From the IMG/VR virus record IMGVR_UViG_3300021255_000114, positions 295,942 through 359,941 of that record: a stretch of DNA of 64,000 nt. One strand, 5' to 3'. The notes beneath the pieces were generated by a model. That model was given only the letters and a program-made list of their open reading frames with translations, did not search any database and had not been told where the DNA came from. Position numbers and translations under genes: made by a program. Source of the stretch: a virus. Its lineage: Duplodnaviria; Heunggongvirae; Uroviricota; Caudoviricetes. Below, in pieces: positions 55,654 through 64,000 of the stretch. Every line of letters starts with the position of its first letter. Within the stretch, counting starts at the first letter, position 1.

Positions 55654-57603
55654 ATGAGAGATTTACTCACAAGCGGAAAAGTTGGTTCTATCGAACTTAA
55701 CGCCCAAAAGAAAATTCGCGAGGATATCCAGAATCGTTGGGATAAACTCGGCCTTGTCGAGGGTCTTGACGGACACATCAAAGAGACCGTTGCCACCCTT
55801 TACGAGAACCAGGCTAAACACCTTATCTACGAAGCCACCGCTTCCGACAACAGCGGCTCTTTCGAGACCGTCGTGTTCCCCCTTATCCGCCGTGTCTTCA
55901 GCAAACTTCTTGCCAACGACATCGTGTCGGTTCAGGCTATGAACCTTCCTATCGGTAAGTTGTTCTTCATCAAACCTGTCACCAGCGAACGTGATTGGGA
56001 TGTTGATTTTACCCGCATTACCGATGAAAACCGTATTGCCGGTACCGGTGAACATCGTGGCCTTATGGGTTATGAGCGTACTGACCGTAAAGATGGTGAT
56101 GTTGAGAATCGTTACTATCTCCCTGATGAGGTTGTTAACATGACCAATGCAGGTAAATATACTTTCGAAGGTAATGCCACAACGACTGTATATGATACTT
56201 ATAAGGCTGCTGTTACCGCCGCAGGTGGTGCACGTGTTTATCAAATTCCCGATGTTACCCAGTATATGAAGAAAAGTCTTTATGACCTCTTCTACAACGA
56301 CTTCCTGTTTGACAACAGTAAGGGTAAAGTAACCATTAAAGTTGGTAATTCTACGGTTGTTAAGATTCTTCCTACCGGTGTTACCGCTGAGGTTGCTTCT
56401 GGTGACGATTACGCCATAAATGCCGCTGACGGTTCGCTTTCAAGCCTTATGCTTAAAGTTACCGGTTTCAGTAATTACAATGCAGGTCGTCTTACTGGCC
56501 CTGATGGCAATGAAATGGACACCGAGGCTTTCCTCGCTTCATTGAAGGTTATCTACAACGGTCAGAACGATATCGAAGGTGGTGATGATTATGCTTCTTT
56601 TAAAGCCGGCGAAAGTGTTCCTTTCCGTGTAGTTACTCAGAAATACGGTGAGGCTATTGTCCATTACAACGACATTTGCACCGGTAATGGCGAGATGCTC
56701 ATCGAACTCGACCTTACCAAACCTTGCAAGAAACAGGGTAAAACTGTAAATGGTTACATTGGTATCGATCCTAAGTATGCTACTGGTAGCGATAAACTTA
56801 GCACCAATGTTTTCAACATTGCTTGGGCTCAGTATGACAGTCTTGAACTTGAAACCGAAATGGGTGAGGTCAGCTTCCAGCTTACTTCAGTTACCGTTTC
56901 AGTCGAGGAACGTAAACTCCGTGCCACATGGTCTCCTGAACTGGCTCAGGACGTCAGCGCTTTCCATAACATTGACGCTGAAGCCGAACTTACTGCAATC
57001 CTTTCAGAGCAGATTGCCGCTGAGATCGACCGTGAAATCCTCCGTGATATCCGTAAAGCCGCTCCTTGGCAGGCCCGTTGGGACTACAATGGTTGGCAGC
57101 GTCTTGGAACTACTTCAACAGTTTACACTCAGAAGGATTGGAACCAGACTCTTATGACCAAGATCAACCAAATCAGTGCTCAGATTCAGAAATCAACGCT
57201 TCGCGGTGGTGCCAACTTCATCGTTGTTTCTGCCGAAATCAGCGCCGTCCTTAATGACCTTGAGTACTTCCACGTGACCGACGCTAGCGCCGAGAGCGAC
57301 CAGTACAATATGGGTATCGAGAAGATTGGTAGCCTCCAGGGTCGTTATCAGGTCATCGTTGACCCATATGCACCTCACTGGAGCCTTATCATGGGACACC
57401 ACGGTACGAGCTTGCTTGACACCGGTTACATCTATGCACCGTACATCCCGCTGGCTCTTACCCCAACTATGTACAACCCATTCAACTTTGCACCCGTAAA
57501 AGGCATTTGCACAAGGTATGCAAAGAAACTTGTTAACAACAAGTTCTACGGAGCCGTCCGCGTTGATGGTCTTGTACATTGGAATCCAAACGAACTTCGC
57601 TAA
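55654..57603 (+). CDS. Major capsid protein (T4 gp23-like)
   Basis: FPLIRRVF, DIVSVQAM..P.G.LF, RKLRATWSPELAQD..AFH.IDAEAELT.ILSEQI.AEIDREI, YAPYIPL, TRYA. Confidence 0.96.
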   Translation: MRDLLTSGKVGSIELNAQKKIREDIQNRWDKLGLVEGLDGHIKETVATLYENQAKHLIYEATASDNSGSFETVVFPLIRRVFSKLLANDIVSVQAMNLPIGKLFFIKPVTSERDWDVDFTRITDENRIAGTGEHRGLMGYERTDRKDGDVENRYYLPDEVVNMTNAGKYTFEGNATTTVYDTYKAAVTAAGGARVYQIPDVTQYMKKSLYDLFYNDFLFDNSKGKVTIKVGNSTVVKILPTGVTAEVASGDDYAINAADGSLSSLMLKVTGFSNYNAGRLTGPDGNEMDTEAFLASLKVIYNGQNDIEGGDDYASFKAGESVPFRVVTQKYGEAIVHYNDICTGNGEMLIELDLTKPCKKQGKTVNGYIGIDPKYATGSDKLSTNVFNIAWAQYDSLELETEMGEVSFQLTSVTVSVEERKLRATWSPELAQDVSAFHNIDAEAELTAILSEQIAAEIDREILRDIRKAAPWQARWDYNGWQRLGTTSTVYTQKDWNQTLMTKINQISAQIQKSTLRGGANFIVVSAEISAVLNDLEYFHVTDASAESDQYNMGIEKIGSLQGRYQVIVDPYAPHWSLIMGHHGTSLLDTGYIYAPYIPLALTPTMYNPFNFAPVKGICTRYAKKLVNNKFYGAVRVDGLVHWNPNELR

Positions 57604-57628
57604 TTATCAATTAGTTATAAGTACTCTT

Positions 57629-57660
57629 CAAGAGGCGAGTTTAAAGACTTCGCCTCTTTT
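57629..57660 (+). terminator. Intrinsic terminator after the major capsid gene
   Basis: AAGAGGCGA...TCGCCTCTT followed by a T tract. Confidence 0.85.
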
Positions 57661-57794
57661 TGTTTATGTAATATTTATATTTAGAACAAAATTGAACGGA
57701 TTGTTTCAAGAAAAAAAATACAAAAGAACAAAAACGAATGGATTGTTTTGAAAAATAAATAGTATATTTACAAAAAGAAAAAAAAATAAATATA

Positions 57795-59492
57795 ATGAAA
57801 AGAATTTTAGACGAAGAATTAATATGCAAAGAATACACTGAAACAAATGCAGGTGTTGAAATGATTGCATTAAAATATCATGTTGGCAAGAAGAAAATAA
57901 AAGATATTCTTTTGGGGAATAACGTTGAAATTAAAAAGCGTGGTGGGCAATGTGATAAAATTACTTATATTGTATCTGATCCGAAAAAAAAGAAGTATGT
58001 AAATGGGGATGGATTCCATTATGTTGTAATTGACCCACAAACAAATTTTAAAAGTACCGACATCAATAATTTGGCCGGAGTATTGACAACGTATATTAAA
58101 GATGTATATGCAATTGAAACACCGAGTCTATATGATAGGCGAAAATATTATATGGAAACCGGAAACTATTGGTGGGAACAATGGTTGGTTTATGAAAAAG
58201 AGGAAGATGCAAAAACGAAAAAATGCCCATATTGTGAATGGTGTACATCTGATATGGAGAATAAAAGTGGGGCATTTGAGCAACACCTTAGAAGAACACA
58301 TAATATAAATAAAGAACATTACCTTAAAGAGCATCCCGAAGATAAAGAATATTTTAAATTAATAAATCCGGTGTTAAATCTACAGATGGATGAAAATGAA
58401 GAAAATTTTGTAATATGTAAAATATGTGGGAAAAAATTAACTAAAGTAGGTAATAGCCATCTTAAAATACATGGTATTACAAAAAATGAATATATAGAAA
58501 AATATGGTGACGAAAATATAATGTCTAAAACAACACACGATAAATTTGTGGAAATAGCAAGAAAAGTGAACATTGAATTATCCGAGAAAGGAAAAGACAG
58601 GTTCACTTCAAATGCAGAAAAGGAAATTCTTCAATATCTTAGTGAACGTGGGATTGAAGCGATTAAGGACAGAAAAATATTAAATGGAAAGGAATTGGAT
58701 ATTTACATACCAAACAAAAAGATTGCTATTGAGTACAACGGTAATGTTTGGCATACTGAAGGGTTTGGCGGTAAAGACAGAAACTATCACATAACCAAAT
58801 TAAGGCTGTGTAACGAACAAGGTGTTAAACTTGTCCAGATTTGTGATGACGAATACTTATCCAATAAGGAACTCGTATTAAATAAACTTTCACATATTAT
58901 TGGCATTGATGAAAACAAACCAAAAGTATATGGAAGAAATACTATAGTGCGTGAAATATACAAATATGAATCAGACGAGTTTCTTGACAAATACCACATA
59001 CAGGGACAATCTAGGGGTACATTATTTTACGGGTGTTTTTATAACGATATTTTAGTTGGGGTTATGGTATTCAAGAACGGTAGTATAAAAAATAGTGGAT
59101 GGGAACTAACTAGGTTTGCGACAGATTACCATTACGTTTGTTGTGGTGTTGGCGGTAAACTATTTGCAAAATTTATTAAAGATATTAATCCGGAAGAAGT
59201 ATTTTCGTTCGCGGATCGTAGATGGACTGTATCAGGAACTGATAATATCTACACTAAACTTGGTTTCAAACTTGAGGAAACACTTAGACCGGATTACAAA
59301 TATTACTTGCATAAAGGTGGTGGTAATAAACGCATACATAAGATGTCCTTGAATAAAAAAGTGTTATCAAAAAAATATGGTTTCGACAAAAGACTAACGG
59401 AAAGTGAAATGACCAAAGCCTTGGGTTATGATAGAATTTGGGACTGTGGACTGTTTAAGTATGTTTGGAGAAAGGAAACACCTTCCATTTAG
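57795..59492 (+). CDS. Hef-like free-standing homing endonuclease (Zn fingers + DUF559/PD-(D/E)xK + GNAT-like C-terminus)
   Basis: CPYC and CKIC fingers; ELDIYIP..KIAIEYNG..WH; C-terminal WELTRFAT...SFADRRW...IWDCG. Confidence 0.75.
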   Translation: MKRILDEELICKEYTETNAGVEMIALKYHVGKKKIKDILLGNNVEIKKRGGQCDKITYIVSDPKKKKYVNGDGFHYVVIDPQTNFKSTDINNLAGVLTTYIKDVYAIETPSLYDRRKYYMETGNYWWEQWLVYEKEEDAKTKKCPYCEWCTSDMENKSGAFEQHLRRTHNINKEHYLKEHPEDKEYFKLINPVLNLQMDENEENFVICKICGKKLTKVGNSHLKIHGITKNEYIEKYGDENIMSKTTHDKFVEIARKVNIELSEKGKDRFTSNAEKEILQYLSERGIEAIKDRKILNGKELDIYIPNKKIAIEYNGNVWHTEGFGGKDRNYHITKLRLCNEQGVKLVQICDDEYLSNKELVLNKLSHIIGIDENKPKVYGRNTIVREIYKYESDEFLDKYHIQGQSRGTLFYGCFYNDILVGVMVFKNGSIKNSGWELTRFATDYHYVCCGVGGKLFAKFIKDINPEEVFSFADRRWTVSGTDNIYTKLGFKLEETLRPDYKYYLHKGGGNKRIHKMSLNKKVLSKKYGFDKRLTESEMTKALGYDRIWDCGLFKYVWRKETPSI

Positions 59493-59504
59493 GAGGGTGT
59501 TATG

Positions 59505-60431
59505 CTATTTAATAAATTTGTTGAAGTTTCTATCCAAGTACAGATTTGCTATTCCGCAGTAGCATTTCATGAATTTGTTGTATATTCCTTCCGACCATTT
59601 GATAAGCCTGTCTTTGTAATTACTTTCGTTTTTCGGTTTAGGTACCGACAATTTCCCATATTTTTTGAACAGATATAACACTTTTCGTTTTAAGTCTTCC
59701 TCTTTTTCCTGAGAGGCATACCATTTCATGTCTATCAGTTGTTTGGAAAAGTTTCTATAGGATGTTGTTGACTTTATCTTTTTATGTACGTTTGCGGGTT
59801 TCATCTTGACATGTTCAAACTCCTTGAACGCCTGATTGACGTATGAATTGGATTCTGTCCATAACGAAGCATATACAGACCATGCAATGGACATTATCAA
59901 CGGGTCTGCTTTGTTTCCGAGGTTTTGTTGAATGAATAACCCATCACCGTGATTCCATTGTGTTTCGTTTGTCAACGGTTCATGACCGGTTGATTGCCAC
60001 TGCCAATCATCATATAAGTGGTTTATTTCGTGGTCTACAATAATTCTCAACCACTTGTCTGCGATTTCACCATTCAAACCGATACCGACTATTAAATCAA
60101 GTTTAGGTAAATATAACTTCCCGTTGGTCATTTTTTCTTCACTATAATACTGTCCGCCATTTTGCCTTGGGTTTGAGAAATCTGGTTTTTTGTTTAAATC
60201 GATTTTAATGATAAGTTGATCAAAATATCGAGTGTTTGAACTAAAAACTACTGAGTGGCTGTAAGAATTCACAGCCATCATTTGTCTAATTTTATCCAAG
60301 ATGAATTGGTATATTTCATCTTTTAAAGCATCAAGGAAATCCGTGCGATGTCTTTCCTCCTCAAGCATATTTAGGCACTCGATTGTTGTAAGTTTCGGTA
60401 TTTTGCGTTCTTGTTCAAAAAACAATTTCAT
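59505..60431 (-). CDS. Hypothetical late protein with HExxH motif
   Basis: IVDHEINHLYDD; TATTTAT upstream on minus (~60449-60455). Confidence 0.75.
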   Translation of the reverse strand: MKLFFEQERKIPKLTTIECLNMLEEERHRTDFLDALKDEIYQFILDKIRQMMAVNSYSHSVVFSSNTRYFDQLIIKIDLNKKPDFSNPRQNGGQYYSEEKMTNGKLYLPKLDLIVGIGLNGEIADKWLRIIVDHEINHLYDDWQWQSTGHEPLTNETQWNHGDGLFIQQNLGNKADPLIMSIAWSVYASLWTESNSYVNQAFKEFEHVKMKPANVHKKIKSTTSYRNFSKQLIDMKWYASQEKEEDLKRKVLYLFKKYGKLSVPKPKNESNYKDRLIKWSEGIYNKFMKCYCGIANLYLDRNFNKFIK

Positions 60432-60442
60432 ATGAATGTTGT

Positions 60443-62095
60443 TTAAGATAAATATGGATTAATGCGCATTTTCCAAACCTTTGTTCCGCAGTCATATATC
60501 CTGTACCATCCCTTTGATTGCATGAATTCGTGTTCCGACATATCTTCGGGGCAACCGTATTCCCTGACAAGAATATCCTTCCTGTATGCGAATCTGTTTT
60601 CACGTTTACCTTTGACTACGTAAAAATAACTCGGTTTGGTTGTGTGATCCAACGTAAATCCAAGTTGTTTGTACATATCACCAGTTCCCCACCTCCTGTC
60701 TGAATAACTTATTACTTCATTTGGATTAATGTCTTTAATGAAACGCTTTAGTAATTTGCTTGCCCCACCGACGACAGTCGTATTTAATTTGTTGCAAAAG
60801 CGAAGCATTTCATAAGTGCCTTCAGTTTGCCGGCCGTTAAGATTTTTTCTGGGTTTCCCGAATGTCATTATACTAACCAATTCGTTGTTGTAATAAAGTC
60901 CATAACGATATTTGGATACACAGTTTCCTTGAATATGACATTTATCCAAAAACAATTTACTTTCTTTATAAGAAACCTCCCTTATATCACATTGTCTGGC
61001 ATAGATACGGTTTGGTGTTACGCCGAAAATGTTGCGTAAACGTGATTCTACAATTTCTCGTTTAGTTATCCATTCATCTTCGAATATATGAATTAATTTG
61101 ACATCTTTTTCTTCACACATTTCGGTTTTCATAAGGTGGTAGTTTTTATCCTCCCTGAATTTCTCTGAATGCCACCGTATACCATTATATTCTATTGCGA
61201 TTTTCTTATCCGGAAAATACAAATCCAATTCATATGGGCTTATTATCTTACGATTCTTTCTATTGAACAACAGAAATCCTTCACTGCGTATGAAATTTAC
61301 GAGTTCTTCTTCTTGCTCCGAATTATTGTTTGCACATTTGGGGCATCCGCATCCCTGCAAGTGATTAACCGCCAATTGTTCAAATTCTCCATGGATTTTG
61401 CATATTGCACGTATACTACCCTTATAACCATGTATTTCTTGTTCAGGATATTCATATTCATGATTATGCAGAGCGTAAGCCTTCTCTTTGAACATCTCGA
61501 ATGTCATTGTCTTATCAGCACTTTTTGTACATTTTGGACAACCTTGTCCCCGCAGATGTTTTGTTGCTGATTGTTTGAATTCCCCATGTATATCACACCA
61601 AAACAGCCATTTATCATTCATCTTTTTTAATTCGGTTTCGAGACATTTATACCGGCCACCGTCAGCAACAGATAAATCGTGTTTGATTTCTTCCAATGTT
61701 CTTCCAATACCATGGCATTTCGGACATCCCTGTTTACTGTTAATATGTGCATTCCAATTTTGTTGGAATCTGCCGTGAATTGGGCATATTATGATATTTA
61801 ACGTGTCACAATCATCGGATGTGGCTTCATCATAGATGTATTTTCCGTTGTGCACTTTTTTGGCACGCTCTTTATAATCCTCACATGTATAACGTTTTCC
61901 CTGTTTCTTTTTGCCACATTCTCTACAACCGTTTCCACGTAAATGTGCAACCGGTGTTTGCCAAAACTCACCGTGTATTGGGCAAATTATACACACCGGT
62001 GTGGTTGAGTCAATATATTCCACTTTACTGTAATCATATTTATCACCATGTATTTTCCTGGCAGATAAAATAAATGTTTCTGTTGTGTATTTCAT
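60443..62095 (-). CDS. Hef-like homing endonuclease with N-terminal HGxKYDYS..Y/CPxHG repeats
   Basis: Four CPxHG-type repeats; ELDLYFP..KIAIEYNG..WH; same C-terminal domain as 57795..59492. Confidence 0.8.
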   Translation of the reverse strand: MKYTTETFILSARKIHGDKYDYSKVEYIDSTTPVCIICPIHGEFWQTPVAHLRGNGCRECGKKKQGKRYTCEDYKERAKKVHNGKYIYDEATSDDCDTLNIIICPIHGRFQQNWNAHINSKQGCPKCHGIGRTLEEIKHDLSVADGGRYKCLETELKKMNDKWLFWCDIHGEFKQSATKHLRGQGCPKCTKSADKTMTFEMFKEKAYALHNHEYEYPEQEIHGYKGSIRAICKIHGEFEQLAVNHLQGCGCPKCANNNSEQEEELVNFIRSEGFLLFNRKNRKIISPYELDLYFPDKKIAIEYNGIRWHSEKFREDKNYHLMKTEMCEEKDVKLIHIFEDEWITKREIVESRLRNIFGVTPNRIYARQCDIREVSYKESKLFLDKCHIQGNCVSKYRYGLYYNNELVSIMTFGKPRKNLNGRQTEGTYEMLRFCNKLNTTVVGGASKLLKRFIKDINPNEVISYSDRRWGTGDMYKQLGFTLDHTTKPSYFYVVKGKRENRFAYRKDILVREYGCPEDMSEHEFMQSKGWYRIYDCGTKVWKMRINPYLS

Positions 62096-62194
62096 ATTAC
62101 CCTATATTTACAATTTTATTCTTGACACTATTTATTATTAACAAAGCAAATATACTATTTAATAATAAAATAATACATAAATACATATATAAAT

Positions 62195-62683
62195 ATGTCA
62201 GATTTATTAATTAGAATGCCCGTGGAATATGAACCTTTGAGGAAAAATCGCTTTATCATGCGTTTTCCTTCGGACCTCGGTATACAGGAATGGTGGGTCA
62301 GCAATACTTCAAGGCCGTCAATTACCATTGGCAATACAGAAATCCCGTTTATGAACACTTCAACCTATGTCGCAGGTCGTTACAAATGGGAAACCATCAC
62401 TATTTCGCTTCGTGACCCAATTGGTCCATCTGCTTCACAGGCTGTTATGGAATGGGTGCGTTTGCATGCCGAAAGTGCTACCGGAAGAATGGGATATGCG
62501 GTCGCGTACAAACGTGACCTTGTGATAGAAATGTTGGACCCGACCGGAACTTCTGTGTCACAGTGGATTTTGAAGAACTGTCAGATTACCGACGTAAAAT
62601 TTGGTGATCTTGCTTATGACAGTGATGACATTGCCACAATTGAATTGACTGTTCAGCCGCAGTATTGTCTGTTGACATACTAA
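62195..62683 (+). CDS. Tail tube protein (T4 gp19-like)
   Basis: EPLRKNRF, IPFMN...VAGRYKWE, DPIGPSASQAVMEW, YKRD...LDPTG, GDLAYDSD. Confidence 0.85.
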   Translation: MSDLLIRMPVEYEPLRKNRFIMRFPSDLGIQEWWVSNTSRPSITIGNTEIPFMNTSTYVAGRYKWETITISLRDPIGPSASQAVMEWVRLHAESATGRMGYAVAYKRDLVIEMLDPTGTSVSQWILKNCQITDVKFGDLAYDSDDIATIELTVQPQYCLLTY

Positions 62684-62723
62684 CAATCTGAGGAAAAGAA
62701 AATAAAAAAACAAAGCATAATCA

Positions 62724-64000
62724 TTAAGACTGTGCTTTGTTTTGCCATACATATTTGAGAAGTCCACAGTTCCATATTCTGTATGCCCCTATCTCATCAC
62801 ACATTTCCTTCTCCGTCATTGACAGGGGAAGGTTATATTTTTTATGTAGGATTTGTTTTCTGAAATTAAACTTATGCAATCGTTGTTTTTTGTAAACATA
62901 GGAATAGTCAGGTTTTCCGATTGATTCAAGTGTAAACCCTAATTTCGTATACAAATTGTCATCAATATTAACAGTCCATCTTCTGTCTGCGAATGATTTG
63001 ACATAAGCAGGATTATATTCTTTTATGAATGTTTGAAACATTTTACTACCAAGTCCCGGGCATATGTAATGGTAATTTGTTGCGAATCTGGTCAATTCCC
63101 ATTTCCCATGGTCAAGTCGGAATGCCATGACACCAACCAATTGATTATCCTTTTTATTATAAGCCCCATAATAAACAGTACCTGAACCGAATCCTTGAAT
63201 ATGGTACTTGTTTAGGAATTCCATTGCTATATCTGTTTTAATGTGGGTAATAAGGCAATTTCTTGCACCGGAAATAATTTTATTTTCTGACAGGTGTAGT
63301 TGGTGTTTTAATTTTTCCAAAACTATTTCTTTTTTGCTGAGCCATTCGTCTTCAAATATTGTTATAAGTTTGACACCTTGTTTGTTGCATGCGTTCAGTT
63401 TATTAAAATGATAAAATTTATTTGGGCGATATTTTTCTGAATGCCATAATAAACCACAATACTCAATTGCAAGGTTTTCTGAAGGAATGTATATATCCAA
63501 TTCTTTTCCGCCCAATATCTCCCTGTTGTGTTTTACTACCCTGTCGTTCATTGTCATAAGATGTTCAAACAGTTCATTTTCTGCATTTGAGTTGTTATTT
63601 GAACACGAAGGACAGGCATGGCCTGCAAGATGGTTTCCTACTGTGGTTTCAAATTTTCCGTGTTTCGGACATATGATGGTAACTTTTGCCTTTATGTTAT
63701 CGAAGTCCTCAATAAGGCTATAGTCATAAAAAGAATCATATAGAGCATTGCATCGATTCTTAAAATCTTCTATAGTTACTTTTTTGCATCCGGCACAAGA
63801 CGGACATCCTCTACCAGTTAGATGATCGTTAGATGTCTGTTTAAACTCACCATGTATCGGACAAATGATTATGGACGGTGTATGTGCATCCACATATTCG
63901 AATTTTGAGTAATCATATTTGTCTCCATGTACTTTTCTAAAATCGGCAATTACATCCTCGCGTTGCCTTAAACGACCGTTCTTTCTTGCAATATTTGCAC
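62724..64000 (-). CDS. Hef-like homing endonuclease, 5' end beyond the window
   Basis: The frame of track ORF 62724..63893 stays open to 64000 (…RKVHGDKYDYSKFEYVD…); CPxHG repeats, ELDIYIP..LAIEYCG..WH and the same C-terminal domain. Confidence 0.8.
   Translation of the reverse strand, partial: ANIARKNGRLRQREDVIADFRKVHGDKYDYSKFEYVDAHTPSIIICPIHGEFKQTSNDHLTGRGCPSCAGCKKVTIEDFKNRCNALYDSFYDYSLIEDFDNIKAKVTIICPKHGKFETTVGNHLAGHACPSCSNNNSNAENELFEHLMTMNDRVVKHNREILGGKELDIYIPSENLAIEYCGLLWHSEKYRPNKFYHFNKLNACNKQGVKLITIFEDEWLSKKEIVLEKLKHQLHLSENKIISGARNCLITHIKTDIAMEFLNKYHIQGFGSGTVYYGAYNKKDNQLVGVMAFRLDHGKWELTRFATNYHYICPGLGSKMFQTFIKEYNPAYVKSFADRRWTVNIDDNLYTKLGFTLESIGKPDYSYVYKKQRLHKFNFRKQILHKKYNLPLSMTEKEMCDEIGAYRIWNCGLLKYVWQNKAQS

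Noticed and set aside
1-64000. TAG recoding as reported for some Lak megaphages
   Set aside because: ORFs of 600-1080 codons are open in code 11, coding density is high, and TAG ends plausible genes (18009, 53993)
1-64000. tRNA or rRNA genes, reverse transcriptase/DGR, integrase
   Set aside because: No cloverleaf with T-loop consensus and no RT or recombinase motifs were found by eye; a tRNAscan-SE run would be the decisive check

Overview
This window comes from a large T4-like (myovirus-type) jumbo phage genome in the standard genetic code. The host is most likely Bacteroidales (Prevotella/Bacteroides-like), judging from the TAnnTTTG promoters, SD-less A-rich start contexts and a sigma-ABfr-like sigma factor. 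It has four blocks. (1) 1-17.0 kb: an early/host-takeover array of about 45 small hypothetical genes, most with their own copy of a ~51-bp promoter cassette (TGTTAA-..-TTG-..-TATCTTTG-N4-GTTGAA; 27 good copies). It also holds 8 ORF-less variant elements (GTTATCTTAC), three perfect bacterial parS palindromes (TGTTTCACGTGAAACA), four GACAC-AATC-GTGTC palindromes, and a promoter-driven ORF-less transcript made of six minigenes, five ending CCC-TAA or AAG-TAA. (2) 17.04-17.34 kb: a repeat-rich non-coding segment where GC skew flips (candidate origin or genome end). (3) 17.3-36 kb: ART-like and PRTase genes, DNA methylase, sigma factor, ADP-ribosylglycohydrolase, YkuD-like lysin candidate, UvrD helicase, NAD-dependent ligase, Clp ATPase and dNMP kinase. 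(4) 36-64 kb: the head/packaging module, with a 998-aa polyvalent protein, a probable A9 frameshift gene, terminase, portal with an atypical Pro1/Cys-F4 intein, prohead protease, scaffold, major capsid protein, tail tube and three Hef-like endonuclease genes. A short 'I.L(T/N)E..L..II.E' helix recurs in about a dozen late proteins and may be a capsid-targeting/processing tag. All domain calls are by-eye motif recognition; no searches were run.
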